Shown here: positions 25,401 through 37,499 of the stretch, piece after piece
Layout: each line of letters opens with the position of its first letter
Position numbering within the stretch: position 1 is the first letter of the stretch
Assembly: GCA_036172245.1 (NCBI GenBank)
Contig: JAYWIR010000026.1
Coordinates: 2,046,001 to 2,110,000 of the forward strand
Reading direction: 5' to 3'
Length of the DNA: 64,000 nucleotides
From: Raillietiella orientalis
Taxonomy: Eukaryota
Notes under the pieces: generated by a model
The model's input: the letters and a program-made list of their open reading frames with translations, nothing else
Database searches by the model: none
What the model was told of the DNA's origin: nothing
Position numbers and translations under genes: made by a program

Positions 25401-28400
25401 CGCTGTGCGGCTCGTTCATGCGCTCTGTTCCCTCGCCACCGCGGTGCGACGTCGCAGGGGCGGCGGCTCGCTCGTTCGTGCACTGCGCGCACGCGCTCCC
25501 TGCGGCTGTCTCGTTTTCGCGTCGCGTTGCGCAACCCGCTGCTCCCCCGGGAGACGCCCACGGCTCTGGACCACGTGCCTCCTCCTCGCGGACCTGCTAG
25601 AATGGGGAGGGGGGGAAGGAGACTTCCTTCCCCTTCTCTTCCTGGGTTCCGCGGAGTAACAAAAAAACAAAGTGCGCGGCCGCGGGGAAGACGTGGAAAG
25701 CTGTCGCAGGGATTGCTGTCCCGCTCTCGTGGGCGCATCCCGGAGCCTGCCTCTGCCTTCCCATCCTCTTTCCCACCTCTCCGCAGCAGCACAGTGCGTC
25801 ACAATGCCGCCCTCGGCGTGTCAAGGCGGAGGCTCTCCACGAGAGGATGGGAGGTAGACGGCGGCGCGCGCGAGCGCTCGGAGGCGAATCTCCGACGCCT
25901 GGGGGAATGTCCGACAACCTTCCGCAGGCGTCGGGATGGTGACGCGCCTCCGCGACTTCTTCCCTCACTTCCTCGTGGTCGTGGCGCTCGAATTAATGGC
26001 ACCCACGCCGGGGTGGTTCTCCTTAATCCCACTCTCTCCCTTTCGCGTACGCACCGTGCGGGGTCCGTTGCGCACCACTTCTGGCGTGCAACCCGGGACG
26101 CAGGGAAGCGGTCGTTTGCACGGGGGGACCCCGAAACGATCGATTCGCCTAATCGAAAGCAAATTGACCTTCCATTAGCGGTCCGTTCTTATTTTATTCT
26201 ATTCCCCCTCCCTCCCTCCCTCCCTCTTTTGTTTCTTCGCTCGCCTCTCGAAATGGCTGCGGCGGCGGCCGCTTTGATATGCAGATCGGTCACGCCTGTT
26301 AATTTCGGTGGACGGTGATTTTTTCTAAGGAACGTTTAATCGCCAATAACTCACGGGTTGAGCTGACGACGATGAAGGGGGCGGCGGAGGGGGAGGAGGG
26401 AGGGAGGCAAATGCGTCCGGGAAGTTTTGCAGGAGGAAGAGGGGGAGGGGGGAAGGCTGAGGAATGAAGAGAGGAGGGGTGCAAGGCCCGTGAGTTGCCA
26501 GGCTACTTCTCCGTTCTCGCAAGGTTTCCTCCCCCTTCTCGGGGTCTGACGGCGCGCGCTCCCTAGCACCCCCTGCTTTTCCCCTCCTAACTCTCATGGG
26601 GTAGGAAAACAGCTCCCGACATGGAGGGGCGACGATTCTTATCGACGTGGAGCGGACGCACGCGGAAACAACCCTTTCTCTCTTCCGGGGACAGCCCCCC
26701 TGCCCCTCTCTCTCCGCGTTTCCTGATGTGTGTCGCCGCCGCCTCGGACCCTTCGAGAGAGACCGCAGCGACAGCAGTTTCGCCGTCCCCCGGGGAGCGA
26801 ACCTCATCCTCGGCTCGCCGTCGCCCTCCGCCTGCCTCCATGCAGGGCACTCCTCGTGCCTCCCGAATCTCTCAGCCCCGCCGCCAGCTTCCGTTGCCGG
26901 TTGCGACACGCGCTCACGACGTGCTCGCTCTGCACGCGGAACCGTCCTCCGGGAACGCGGAGTACGCAGTCTTCGCCGAGTCTTCTTCCCCCCCCCCCCT
27001 ACTCCCGGACGGGGAGCGAAGCGCGGGAATCCCCCCCGCCCGTGGTTGAAAACAGCAGGAAAGCAAACAGCAGGAAGACGAACCGAGCGACAGCAGCGGC
27101 GCGGGAAAACGGCACGTTGCGCAACATCCGTGCATTTCGGAATCGCCTTACCGCCTCCGAGAGACGAGCAGCAAAAGGGGAAGGAAAGGGGGAAGAAAAA
27201 GGGAAAAAGTTTAAATTACCGATCGGCATAAACCGTCCGTGGCCGGCGTCTTGCGCTCGGGCAAAATCGGGCACCAGCGCGCGTGCGCGTTTCGGTCCGG
27301 GCAGCGAGACTCCTGACGCGCGCGTAGGGCAGGGCGCATGGATGCGGGCACGCGCGCGGAGAAGGCATCGTCGTCCGTCACAACAATGGGGACCTCCACG
27401 GCGACCGCCGTTGCCAAAGACGCGCGCGCAGTTGGCGCTAAGAATAGCTCGGCGGAGGAGACTTTCTCAACAATCGCGCGCCGCCGTCCCGCGCACGGGC
27501 GAAAAAAGGAAAAAAAAGAAGGAAAGCCCGGCGCGGGCATGCGCTCTCGTTCGTTCGGGAGTCTTCTCGAGGTTTCGCGCAGCAGCGGAGGAATGGGAGG
27601 GGGGGGGGGGAGAGACTGGCGCTTATTCCGCCGCCTGCGGCTGTTGCGAGGAAGGACCGCCGCCGTCGGGAGGGAGCCCGCTTGTTAATTCTGGAGGTCA
27701 TGACTCTTCGCTCCGCGCTTATTTATGCAGATCCACCTTCGCTGTCGGATTTTATGGGACTGCCAGTGCCAGTCGGGGGTTGAAAAACCTCCCGCTCGAG
27801 GTGAGCGTGGCCGGCGGAGAGACGCCGCGGCGCGTCCGAGGAACACCTCGAAGACACGGCCTCGGTCACGGGTTATCGCTGTTGTTCTCCTGGAAACGAA
27901 TGGAGAGAGAGAGAGGAAGAAGAAGGAAGGAAAAACGAAATTGCTCGGCGACGCGAATTGCACGCAATTTTCTCCCGAGCGGGAAGGAAGCTCAGCTGCC
28001 TTCCTGCCGAACGCCGTCTCGCCGCTGCCGTCGCTTCAGACCGCGTGCGCCTTCCTCCCCGGCCGCCCAGCCCGCGTCTCGCTCGCGTTTGCACACAAAG
28101 AGGGGGCCTGCCGGTCGGTTTGCCTTCAGGAAAAACAAAAGCGCGCACCAGAAGAAGCCCCGGCTCGAATTCCGGATCAGGGGAAGGTCACGTTGTTTGC
28201 GGAATCGGCAGAGAGACGGGATCGCCACGAAGGCAGCAGGAAGTGCGGTGGGTGCCACCTCGGTCAGATTTCCGAGAAGCAGCCCCAGGGACCAGAAAAG
28301 CATCCGAGGAACGGGGGAAGGGGGGGGGGGGAGAGCGACTGGGACTTCCCATCAAGGTCGGCCTCGATGCTGGGACGGGCTGCGCACGAAAGGAAGGATT

Positions 28401-31400
28401 TCTTTTCCCCCCGCCTCCCCCCCCCTCCGAAAAAGCAGGAGGAGGGAGACGGCGGGTGCGGGGTTGCCTGGCAACCAGACGACCTGCTTGCGGCGCTCAG
28501 GAAAGCTCCTGCTTTTCCGGGAACTTCGGGAGGGAGACGACGAGACTCGCCAGAATTCGGGCGCGGAGCCTCTTGACCCGGTCGTTAGCGGCCGCAGGTC
28601 GAGAGGTTTCCGCAGCGGGGCGGGGCGCGCCTCCTCCTGCGTGCCCGTCCTGGAGAAAGCGGTGCGGCGAGCACGGACGAGCGTCCCCCCCCCCTCCTTC
28701 ATCTCCCACAAGGGCGTGCCCTGCGGGTGCGGGGCAGTGGCTGCCTCCGACCCGGCAGTCAGCGAAAGACCCTCAGGCGGCAGCACCCTCCTGGGGCGAC
28801 CAGACGAACCTCGCAGAAAAGAAGACGGCGAGGAGGAGGAGGGGGGAGGGGAAGAGCCCTCTTGGCTTCCTCCCTAGTAGTTCGCGAAACACCCGTCGCA
28901 GGCACACGGAGAAGCCAGGAGCACGGGAGGAGACTCGGTTCGTCCCCACACCCGTCGCATTCGCCTCACAGGACGCCAACTGCAGGCGGAATTCGTTTGA
29001 ATGGGAGTGGGCGCGGCACCCGTCGCCGGCGCTTCTGGTCCGGGAGCACACTGGTTGCTGGGGAGAAGAGGTCCCGTTGCGGACACTGGGGTTGCCCGAA
29101 GAGGCGGCGTCCAAGCCGACAGACCGGGACACCCCGGCAGGTGGGATGTCGCTCCTGGCTCCAGAAGGGAGAAGGGAGGGATCTCCAGCGGCAGGGCGCC
29201 CCCAGCGCGCGCGCGTGCGGACGGAATGGCGAGACGGGGAAAGGAGCATGCGGAAGCGGCGGATGAGAGAGCCCACGGATCTCCCCATCGGGGCAGGAGG
29301 GCAGGAGAACGGCAGAGGCAAGCCGCGACCGTTGCCGGTTGCAGGTCGCCGCCACGAGTCGACGTCGTCTCACTCTGTCATGAATGCACTCCCTCCCGCC
29401 CTCCCTCACGCTGCGCCTGCTGGCGTCCCGCTCGCCGTTGTGCATGGGCCCGCGTCACCGAATGTCCGTGGCAACCGCCTCCCTTTCCCCCCTTCAGGCG
29501 AAGCCCGATGCTGCCTCGCAGCCTCCTCCTCCCCGAGGCGAGCGCCGAGCAGGCAGCGGAAGCAGCAGAGCGGCCATCTGGACCTCCCCCCCACCCCCTG
29601 CCCGCCACAGCAGGTCGCCCTCGAGGGCTGCCGCCATCTTTTGACGACGACGCGGCCGCCTTCCCTCCCTTCCTCCCGTTCCTCTTCCCCGTAGCCTCCC
29701 ATGCACCCACAAGGCAGCTCGCGGACCCGCTCAAATACGCAGCTCCTCCGACTTTCCCGAAGATTCGGTTTGCGTGCGGGCGGCGGGATGCGTCCTGCCC
29801 CCTGTGCGTGCGGATGCCGGGAGGCTGCGCGCAACGCCAGTCCCTCCGAAAACCGAAGATTTGTGCTTCTCCACCCTCCCTTCCTTCCCTCCCTCCCCCG
29901 CGGGAGGAAAACGCGAGGCAGGCGAGGGAGCCAGGGACGCTCGCACGCCCGGGAAAACGCGGTTCCCGGAAGTTTTGTGGCAACTCGGGGCGGTGACGTG
30001 CGGTCAGCATGGGAGCGCCGCGTTCCCTTCTTCTCGGACGAGGGGCATCGCCAACGGCACCGAGCCTGCGGAGGCGGGGCGAGGGGAGCGAAGGGACGAA
30101 GAGCACCGGCGAGGGCGATGGTGACCGAGCGGTCTTGTGGGTCGTTCCGGGCATTTCCGGCGACAACAGCCGGAGGGCCGGAGCCCTTGGGGCGGACAGA
30201 GCAGCCTCAGCGATTCCGAGAGCCATGGGGCGCGCCGTTCCTCGGCTATCTGACGCTGCCGCCTGCCCCTCCGCTGCGCCCCCTCCGGCGGCGGCGGCGG
30301 CGCACCCGCCGGAAGGTCGCGCGCACGCGCGCGCAGGTTCTGCCTTCGCCTCCGCCCCCGCGTGAACACGCGAGGGGATGACGTTAGCGTTGCGGCTGGT
30401 GAGGAGGCGGCGGCGGCGTGACTACCCGCTGCGCACGCGTCCTTGCGACGTCGCCCGTGGAAACGAAGGCGCCCCGGCAGCGGTCGTGACGCGCGCGCGT
30501 GGGGCGGCCGATCTGCCCTCCGCTTCCTCCTCCCATAGCCGACCCTCCCCCACCGGGGTTCAGCGCCCTACCCTTCCGCCCGGCTCCTCGCCCGACGCGG
30601 AGTATGCCGAGCCGTCGCCATGGGAGTGGCCGGACGTGGTGCCGCCGCAGGCGCTCCCGGGTTTGCGGAAAGGGCGAGCCATCTCCACGGATTACCCGGA
30701 GGGCACGAGGGGAAGCGGGAAGGGGTCGGTCCACAGGAGTGCCTGTCGGTGGCCCTTAGCTGCGGAAGGAGACCCCAGGACTCTCGGGGGTGGTCACACC
30801 CTTCGCGGTGGAAGGCTTTCTCTCCGAAGCGCACGGATGTCGGGGGGGGGAGGAGGGGGGACAGGACCCAGGAGCGACCTGGACCGGTGGCGTGCAGGGG
30901 GAGGTGCTGTGACCTGATCGCGGTAGCGGGGTCAAGGGGCGTGGAATCCCCTCGGGATCCTCTGGAGGGAGGGCGCTGCCGTCAGTTTCCCTCTCCCTCC
31001 CATCAGGGGACGCTGTGTCTCCCGGAACTCCCTGGGGCAGCGAGCCCTGCGGTGGCAAACTCGCGTTCCCGCGAGCTGCTTCTGCGCGCGTGCCAGCAGG
31101 CGACCCCTCCTGCGAATATCCCGTTTCCTTGGCGAAGGGAAAGGAAGGAGGGGGGGAGAGAATCCCTGGAAATACCCTGGGCCCTGTCGCTTCCGGGATC
31201 CGCCAGTGACCCCGTAATCGCGGTTGCGGTGGCGGCGGTCCATGGCGAGGGTCGCATCTTCCTTTCCCTTAATTCGACCCCCGGGAGTTCCTCGTTCCCT
31301 CCCAGAGGCGGCGGTCCCTTCGGAGCTCCCCGTTCCCTGGAGATCGTCCTTCCTCCTGCTCTTTTCCTAGGGAGCGGCCCGAAGGAAGCTCACGACCGCA

Positions 31401-34400
31401 GAGAGACCCTCCCCGGGGTCAGCCTCATCCGTTTCCACGTGGGGGTTGACCGGTTGACTCGGCCCTTTGCACTCCCGTGCACTTCCTTCCCGTGACGAAC
31501 GGCCAGGACGCCCTGAGGCGACGAGGGGTCTCGGACGTCGCGTCTCCTTCCGGGGTGCTCGCCCTTCCTCTCTCCCTCTCCTTCCCTTCACGCCGCCACT
31601 CAACTCTGCGAGCACGGGGTTGCGCGGGTCATGGGAAGCTGGTCTCTAGGCAACTCGTCTTCCCCAGTAACTGACCCTGCTGCGCGCGTTGAGGTCGCCT
31701 CTCCTGGCTCCTCTGGGACCGCCTGGCCTCGCCTCTCGTCCTGCTTCGGGCTCTCTCCTCTCTCCCGCTGGTCGCCCTCGCTGGGGGCTCCTCGGGAGCC
31801 ATGCGACAGGAACACTGCCACCTCCCAATGGCGGTGGCGCCATCGCTCGGACCGCGCTCGGAGGCTTTGCGACCTGCCTTGCGTGGTGGCTTCGGGCTGG
31901 CTCCGGCAGCGCTGCTCCTGCGGGACTCTCGGCAGACCCCTAAAGGTCGGAGGGCGCACGCCCCAACCGCTCCTGCGGTCGCCTCTCTCCGGCGCGCACG
32001 CGCCAGTCGCCTGGGAAACCAGGCCAGGGCAGCAGTTCCAGGCGGGGCGGCGCCTCAGGAGCAGCGATTCTGCCGGGCGACCGGGGTCTCCCGCAGGGAG
32101 GAGCGCGCGCGCCTCTCCCTCCCGTCCAAGAGAGATTCATCTCCCGAGAGGGGACGATGGGGGGACTGGGGAGCAGGAAGAGCTCTCCCTGCTCCGCGTC
32201 GTTCCTTGCAGCCTTCTTGGGAGGACGCGGAGCGTGTGGGGGTGATGGCAAATGGGGGCGCGCGGAAACCGGTGGGCCCCCGGCGAGCGGACGCGCCCTC
32301 GGCTGCGGCGGGGCAGGGCGGAGCCGCCTTCAGAGAGAAAGAGGGGGGGGAGCGGCGGCAGCCCTCCGGCGGACGAATTTTCCCGAGCCTCGAGCCGGCG
32401 CGGCGGGAGTTCCCCGGGGAAGCGCAGGAGGGAGAGGGGGACGAGGAGGAGGCGGGAAGGGACAGAGGGAGGGGAAGCGAAAAGGAAACGGGATGGGGAA
32501 TTCCCGGGATGAAGGGATGAAAAAGAGAGGATCTTCCCCGTCGGTCCCGGAAGCGGAGAGAGGAAATCCCGGTTCCTCCCGAGTTTCCCCCCCTCTCCTC
32601 TTCCCCTTCCCTCTTTTCCTCCCGGCTGATCCGTATTAACGGTCATCGTTCCTCCGGGATCGAAATTTCGGAGGCGAGGCGGAAGCGGCGGGCTCGCGGT
32701 GCTTTCCCGGGGGTAACACGGGATTAGGGAATAGCCGGGAGGGGTCCCTGGAGCCGCGCGGGAAGAGCCGGCGGGACGCCACCCGCGGCCCGGAGGCGCC
32801 TCTGCCGCCTCCTTGCGAACCGCGGGCATCCGTGGCAACGGCGAAACGACCGTCGCAACCGATGGGGGTGTAGCAGCGCAGAGTCCCCGGTAGAATGCTG
32901 CCGCACGGGGAATGGCGGCAGGGATCGCTGGCTGTCGGAACGCGTGCGCAACCTCCCCTCCAGGACCGCGTGGCCCTTGGAGCGCTCCCCCTCCCCTCCG
33001 GAGTTCCGGCCTGGGAGATTTCCCAAGGACGCGGGCGGGCCGCGGGACTTTCCCGGGTCCCTCCGCCCGCCAGCTCGGCACTTCCGGGACGCGGGCGGAA
33101 GGCCACCCGGAGGTGGGCGGGCGTGCCGGCGGAAGTCCCCGGCGTTCAAGCGGCGACACTTCCGGGCTGCGGACGGAGGAGCACCGCTGCCGCCCCCCGG
33201 GGCTCGCGGAGGAGGCGCGGCCGCCGCGCGCACCTCTTCTGCCAAGGCGGACGGATTGACATCTCGCGGCGGCGTTCCGCAGCTTCCTCCCTCCCCTATC
33301 TCAGGCCTTCTCCGGCACGAGGTAGCGTGGAGGGGCGCCGGAAGTCCTTTTACCGCACCCTCGCCCTCCGCTCCATAAAGTTCCACACCCTCCCGCCGCC
33401 CTCCTTCCGGAGCATCGCACCACCTTGACGGGGAATCGGGAGGAAGGGGAGGGAGAGGCTGCTACCCGGTTTCCTCCCTCCGTTCACCTTCTCCAGACCC
33501 CACGTCCCGATCTCTAGGGTGGAGTCCTCCCTACCATCGCCCGGGACTTAGCTGGCGACGGGGAGATGACCCAGTCTTTCCCCCGAGGGAAAGAGAAAGG
33601 AAGAAAAGGGAGAATTCCATTCCTGAAGCCCCCTGGGGTGGGGGTCGGCAGTGCTGGCGGGCGTGACACCGAAAGTTCCTCTGTCCCCCTCATCTTCACT
33701 CTTTCCGTGCCACCCCCAAAGAAGGAAACGCTGCCGGGCACAACCGACCTGACCTGAGATTCAACCCCCCCCCCCTCTCCCGGCGAGGCGACAAGAGGCT
33801 CTCTCGAGGGGTCAGGGGACGGAGGGAGGGCTCCGTGGCGAGTGCTCCGCGTCGTCTTCCCTCCACCCTCCCGTCTTTCCTTCGGTCGCGCCCGAATTCC
33901 GCTACCGTCTGCCACTGAGGCGGGTTTTCCCCGGGGAGCTCCCGCGAGCGCCCAGGAATCTCGACCGCTCGCCCACCGTGAGCTCCGTGCTGAACGCCCC
34001 CGTTCCCGAAAGGCGGTGGGTGGGGACTTCCCTTCCGCCTTTTCTCCCTCCTTCATCCTTTCTGACATCTCCCCTCCACGTGGGCGTGCCCGTGCTCTCT
34101 TCGAAGGAAGGAGGGGGGAGGGAGAAACTGCTTCCTGGAGGTCCCTAAGGCTCCAGAGGGGCGGATGGACGGCGCGTGACGCCCTCAGCCTCCCCTCACT
34201 CCGCTCCCTGCGTGCGGGGACTGCGCCAGCACGCCTCCGGTCGCGAGCGACCGATCGCACCCAGCGCCACCAGTCGGGGGCGGACGCGGCCCTTTCCCGC
34301 TCCCTGGCGGTGGTCCCGAGGGAAGGAGACTCTTCCCGGGAGCCGCCACAGAAGAGGGCCTCCTCGCGCGTGGCGTGCCTCCCTTCCTGAGCCCGCCCAG

Positions 34401-37119
34401 GCTCCTCCGCCTGAGCGTGCAACGCCTCCTCCCGCGAGGGAGGCACGGAGGTGCGGGAGAGACGCGGGTTCGCTTGCCCGCCCCTCGTCTTGACCCTTCT
34501 GTGACCCCCTCCCCCCTAGGCTGGTTCTCCGTCCTGGGCGCGGACGGCCGGGGTGCCGCACCTTACGGCTCCATCGACGAGGTGGCCAGCGCCAGGGTGC
34601 CCGTCTTCATCTCCTGCTACCACCTCCTGGCCTACAGACTCTCCCGGAGGAGTATCTCCGGGAGCAGGTCGGTGTACTCGAAGGTCTGCTTGCCCCCTGG
34701 GCGGGTCATCCGACTGCTGGGGATCTTCCGAGACGTCAGCTCGCCGGAGCCATCGGACCTGGGCTCCCGGTACATCCAGTGCTCCAGCCAAAGCGAGGTA
34801 ACGGAGGCGCTCCCGGAGGAGAGGGAACGACATGGGGAGGAGGGATCAGCGAGCCTCCCTCGGGGCTCGCCGAGGGCGTCGGCGCGCCCGAAGCACCGCC
34901 GTCTCCGATCCTGGAGGGCTGGGGGCTGAGTGGCGGCCGGGGAAGGCGCCCCTGATGCACCCGCACGGCGCGCTCTCGTTGGCAGCCTCCCATCTCCCCT
35001 CACCCCACCCTCTTCCCAACCCGCTCCGTTGCCGAGGGAAACTCGACCCCCGTGGCTCCGTTCTTCCAGGAAGGGAGCCGGAGGCGGGAGGCAGAGGGGA
35101 CGCTGCTGATGTTCCCCTCGCCCTTCCGCCCCTCGTTCGGCAGCCCGGGACGGACGCCCGCCGCCGTTCCCAGGATGTATGACGATGCTCTGATGCCAGA
35201 AGCACCTGGCGGCTCCACGCTCGTCCTCCGGGAGGTTCGCTTGCGTGCGGCTTCCCCGGGAAGGAAGGATGAGGCTGGAGAGGCGTCCGGCCCGAGTTTT
35301 GCCCCCCCCCCCTTCCCCACTCACAGCGGGAGAGATCTTGGAGCCGAGGATGGAGCGCCCTCCCGAGCTGCTCCTGTCGTCCTCGGAGGTAGGAGGGGGG
35401 GAGCATACGTGGTGGGAATCAGGGAACACCACTGGACTCCTACAGGAGCCATGGGCGCGCGCCATCAGTTCGCCTCGGGCTATTTCCGAGAGGGAGAGAC
35501 GGCGGCGGCTCGCTCGCGGGAGAGGGCGTGGGAGAGGTTCCAGCGAGGGGCGTAGGAAGGGCGCCCTTGTCGCGCGTGGCGCAGCCAGTGGGGAAGTAGG
35601 GGTAGCTGAGGGTGGGGTGGCCGGAGCGGTGCCTCTCCCTCTAACGGTGGTCTTTTTTGCAGATGTTCTTCATCTCCTTCTCCACCACCGGGAGCTTCTA
35701 CGAAGTGGGTGGCAGGAGCGCCGCCCTCTCCGCCAACAAAGTGTACCACATCTTCCAGCTGCTGAAGCACAGACCACCGCCTCTTCAGTTGCAGCTGGTG
35801 TGCGGTTACGTGCCCTTCGTGCCCCCGCAGTTCGTGGGTAAGGACGTGCCCCTGCCCATGGCCCTGTCCCCCTCCTTCCCCGTTGCGAACCCGTCCCTTG
35901 CGGCGGCCGTGCCACACCTCAGCCCCTGTGGGAGCCGGCGCCCGACGGAGGAACGCTGGGGAGTCTGGAGGAAGGAAAAAGGAGCAGCACCCACTCCACA
36001 CTCCCTTTCCCTTCCTCCTGGTCCGCTCTGCGTCTCTTTCGCTTCTTGGCGACGTCGCTCCAGGATCCAGCAGCGTCCCTTGCATGCTCTCTCTGCCGAC
36101 CAATAGGCACGCCGCGAGTTCCGAAGGAAACCTTTTTCCTCCTCCACCTCCCTTGCTCCCTCCCTTCCTCCGCCTCCCTTCTCTTCCTCCTTCCTCTTCT
36201 TCTTCCCTCCCTTCCTCCTCCTCTTACGTTCTGCAACCGATCCGGGACCCCGCGACTCACGCAGGTGACGCCCGCAATGAGCTCCAGGAGGGATCGCGTG
36301 ATGTCTGCAAATTGCGCTCCCTGATGGTAGGCGGCGTCCCTGCGGGACCTCCCCCGACTAGCCGCGGGGGAGCGAGCACGTCCGCGCCCCTCCCTCGCCC
36401 CCCAGAGCCAATGGAACTCCCTTCCTTCTCGTCTCCTTCCAGCCACCTTCCGCATCGAGAAGTCGTGCACCGAGGACTGCGTGATGGCCGCCACGGCTCC
36501 CAAGGTCAGGCGCTCTCCCGTGCTCTTCGACATCAGCGTGGACTCGCAGCTGCCGCTGGCGGTGCGTCCCAGGATGAGCGTCTGCGAGCTCCGCCGCTAC
36601 GAGCGAAGTGAGCGGTATTGCCAGGCGATGGGCGAGTTCTGGAAGCGGCAACTGAAGATGCTGCCCGTAGACCCCTTCGACCAGCTCGCCGACGAGACGG
36701 CCACGAAGCTCTCCATCGCCGGCGTGAAGCCCCTCCCTTCCTCCCCGAACGAGTACTTGTCGCCCAGGTGCAACCTGGCGGACTCGCCGCCGTCGTGCCT
36801 AGCAACCGGATCGATCCCCCGCCGCTCCGCCGCCAAGCCGACGCCACCCGCGGCCGGACGCCCTCCCAAGCGAACCTCCCAGCAGCAGCAGCAGCAGCCG
36901 CCACCGCGGTGCGCCGGCGGAGTCGACGTGGTGTACGCCAGGGTGCTCGACGACGTGTCCTACGCCACGGTGAACGAGGACGTCTACTCTGAGATTCCGG
37001 ACGCAGCCTCCCCGGTCCGTTCTGCCTCGTGCAGCTGCGCATCGCTTCCGGGTTTCCCGACCTCCGCGCCGCCGCCACCGCAAGGGGCGCACGCGTATGC
37101 GGGCGGCGGCGAGGCATGA
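22231..37119 (+). CDS. CABIT-domain protein, Serrano (sano)/GAREM/THEMIS-like, 4 exons, 461 aa
   Basis: Exons 22231-22486, 34520-34797, 35663-35837, 36443-37119 total 1386 nt with phases 1, 0, 1 and GT-AG sites. Spliced product has SLRDIVRDFRLPLVVK..IPEQYKG|WFSVL..YGSIDEVA..LPPGRVIRLLG..RYIQC..FISFSTTGSFY..LQLVCG, the motif order of CABIT domains, then a Pro/Tyr-rich tail. Family call is by motif recall. Confidence 0.82.
22900..24900 (-). mobile_element. Decayed LINE RNase H fragments (at least two) in CABIT intron 1
   Basis: ITLADGSRNTRVTAVA..TIICRAEE (IYTDGSK..G.A..VF.AE) ~24300-24430; DCVSKELMAIKI (SVF.AELMAI) ~23150-23190. Confidence 0.4.
28000..29700 (-). mobile_element. Decayed LINE RT relic
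   Basis: GRPAAGDPSLL (GVPQGDPLSPLL), DIP..GLDAA (DLP..YADD.A), VCLRRVFRELLGRKP (YLGV.FD..L.WK). Confidence 0.35.
30900..34400 (+). mobile_element. Decayed LINE relic, RT + RNase H
   Basis: SLPGSASDPV, IFLSLNSTPG, ETLPGVSLI (YRPISL), gcgcctcaggagcagcgattctg (VPQGSVL) ~32050, FILSDI (ILSDS), LSLPSL..ATDR (WVPSH..AD). Confidence 0.45.
34520..34797 (+). CDS. CABIT protein exon 2
   Basis: Acceptor ccctag ending 34519; G-WFSVLGADGRG...RYIQCSSQSE; donor gtaacg at 34798. Confidence 0.82.
35663..35837 (+). CDS. CABIT protein exon 3
   Basis: Branch-point-like CTAAC at 35641, acceptor ttttgcag ending 35662; MFFISFSTTGSFYEV...PPQFV; donor gtaagg at 35838. Confidence 0.82.
36443..37119 (+). CDS. CABIT protein exon 4 (terminal)
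   Basis: Acceptor ccttccag ending 36442; A-TFRIEKSCTEDCVMAAT...VLFDISVDS...GGEA*; AATAAA follows at 37299. Confidence 0.82.
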
Positions 37120-37298
37120 ACGGCCATCCAGCTGGCAGGCGTCGGTCGGCCGGTCACACAGGCCCGCGAGAGACGAGGACGACGGCGATCGTGGAACGAG
37201 GAGGGGCGACGGTCCAGCGAGAGGAGGCTGGATGCATACGAAGCCCCGGATGCGCCGGGCGCCGCGGAGCAGCACCGGAGTCCCTCCCCACTGGCAAA

Positions 37299-37304
37299 AA
37301 TAAA
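37299..37304 (+). promoter_or_regulatory. Putative polyadenylation signal of CABIT gene
   Basis: AATAAA 180 nt after the stop codon. Confidence 0.45.
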
Positions 37305-37499
37305 GGAGAGAGAAAGCACACAGTGGAAAGGGAAAAACGGGCGCGCGCGTGCTCGCGGGCTGGTGGCGATCCGCCGTCAACTCGGACGACTCGCACCGCG
37401 TCTCTGCTTCCCCCTCGGACCAGTCGCGCCCAGGCTGGCTGACCCCTTCCCGGCTTTCATTTTCGGCCTCTGTCCTGGAACTTCCCTCCCCTGCGAAGA

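Noticed and set aside
26730..29694. Long ORFs of 715 aa and 578 aa in CABIT intron 1
   Set aside because: Arg/Pro/Gly/Ala-rich low-complexity translations with no domain, expected from stop-codon scarcity in high-GC DNA; partly antisense to a LINE relic.
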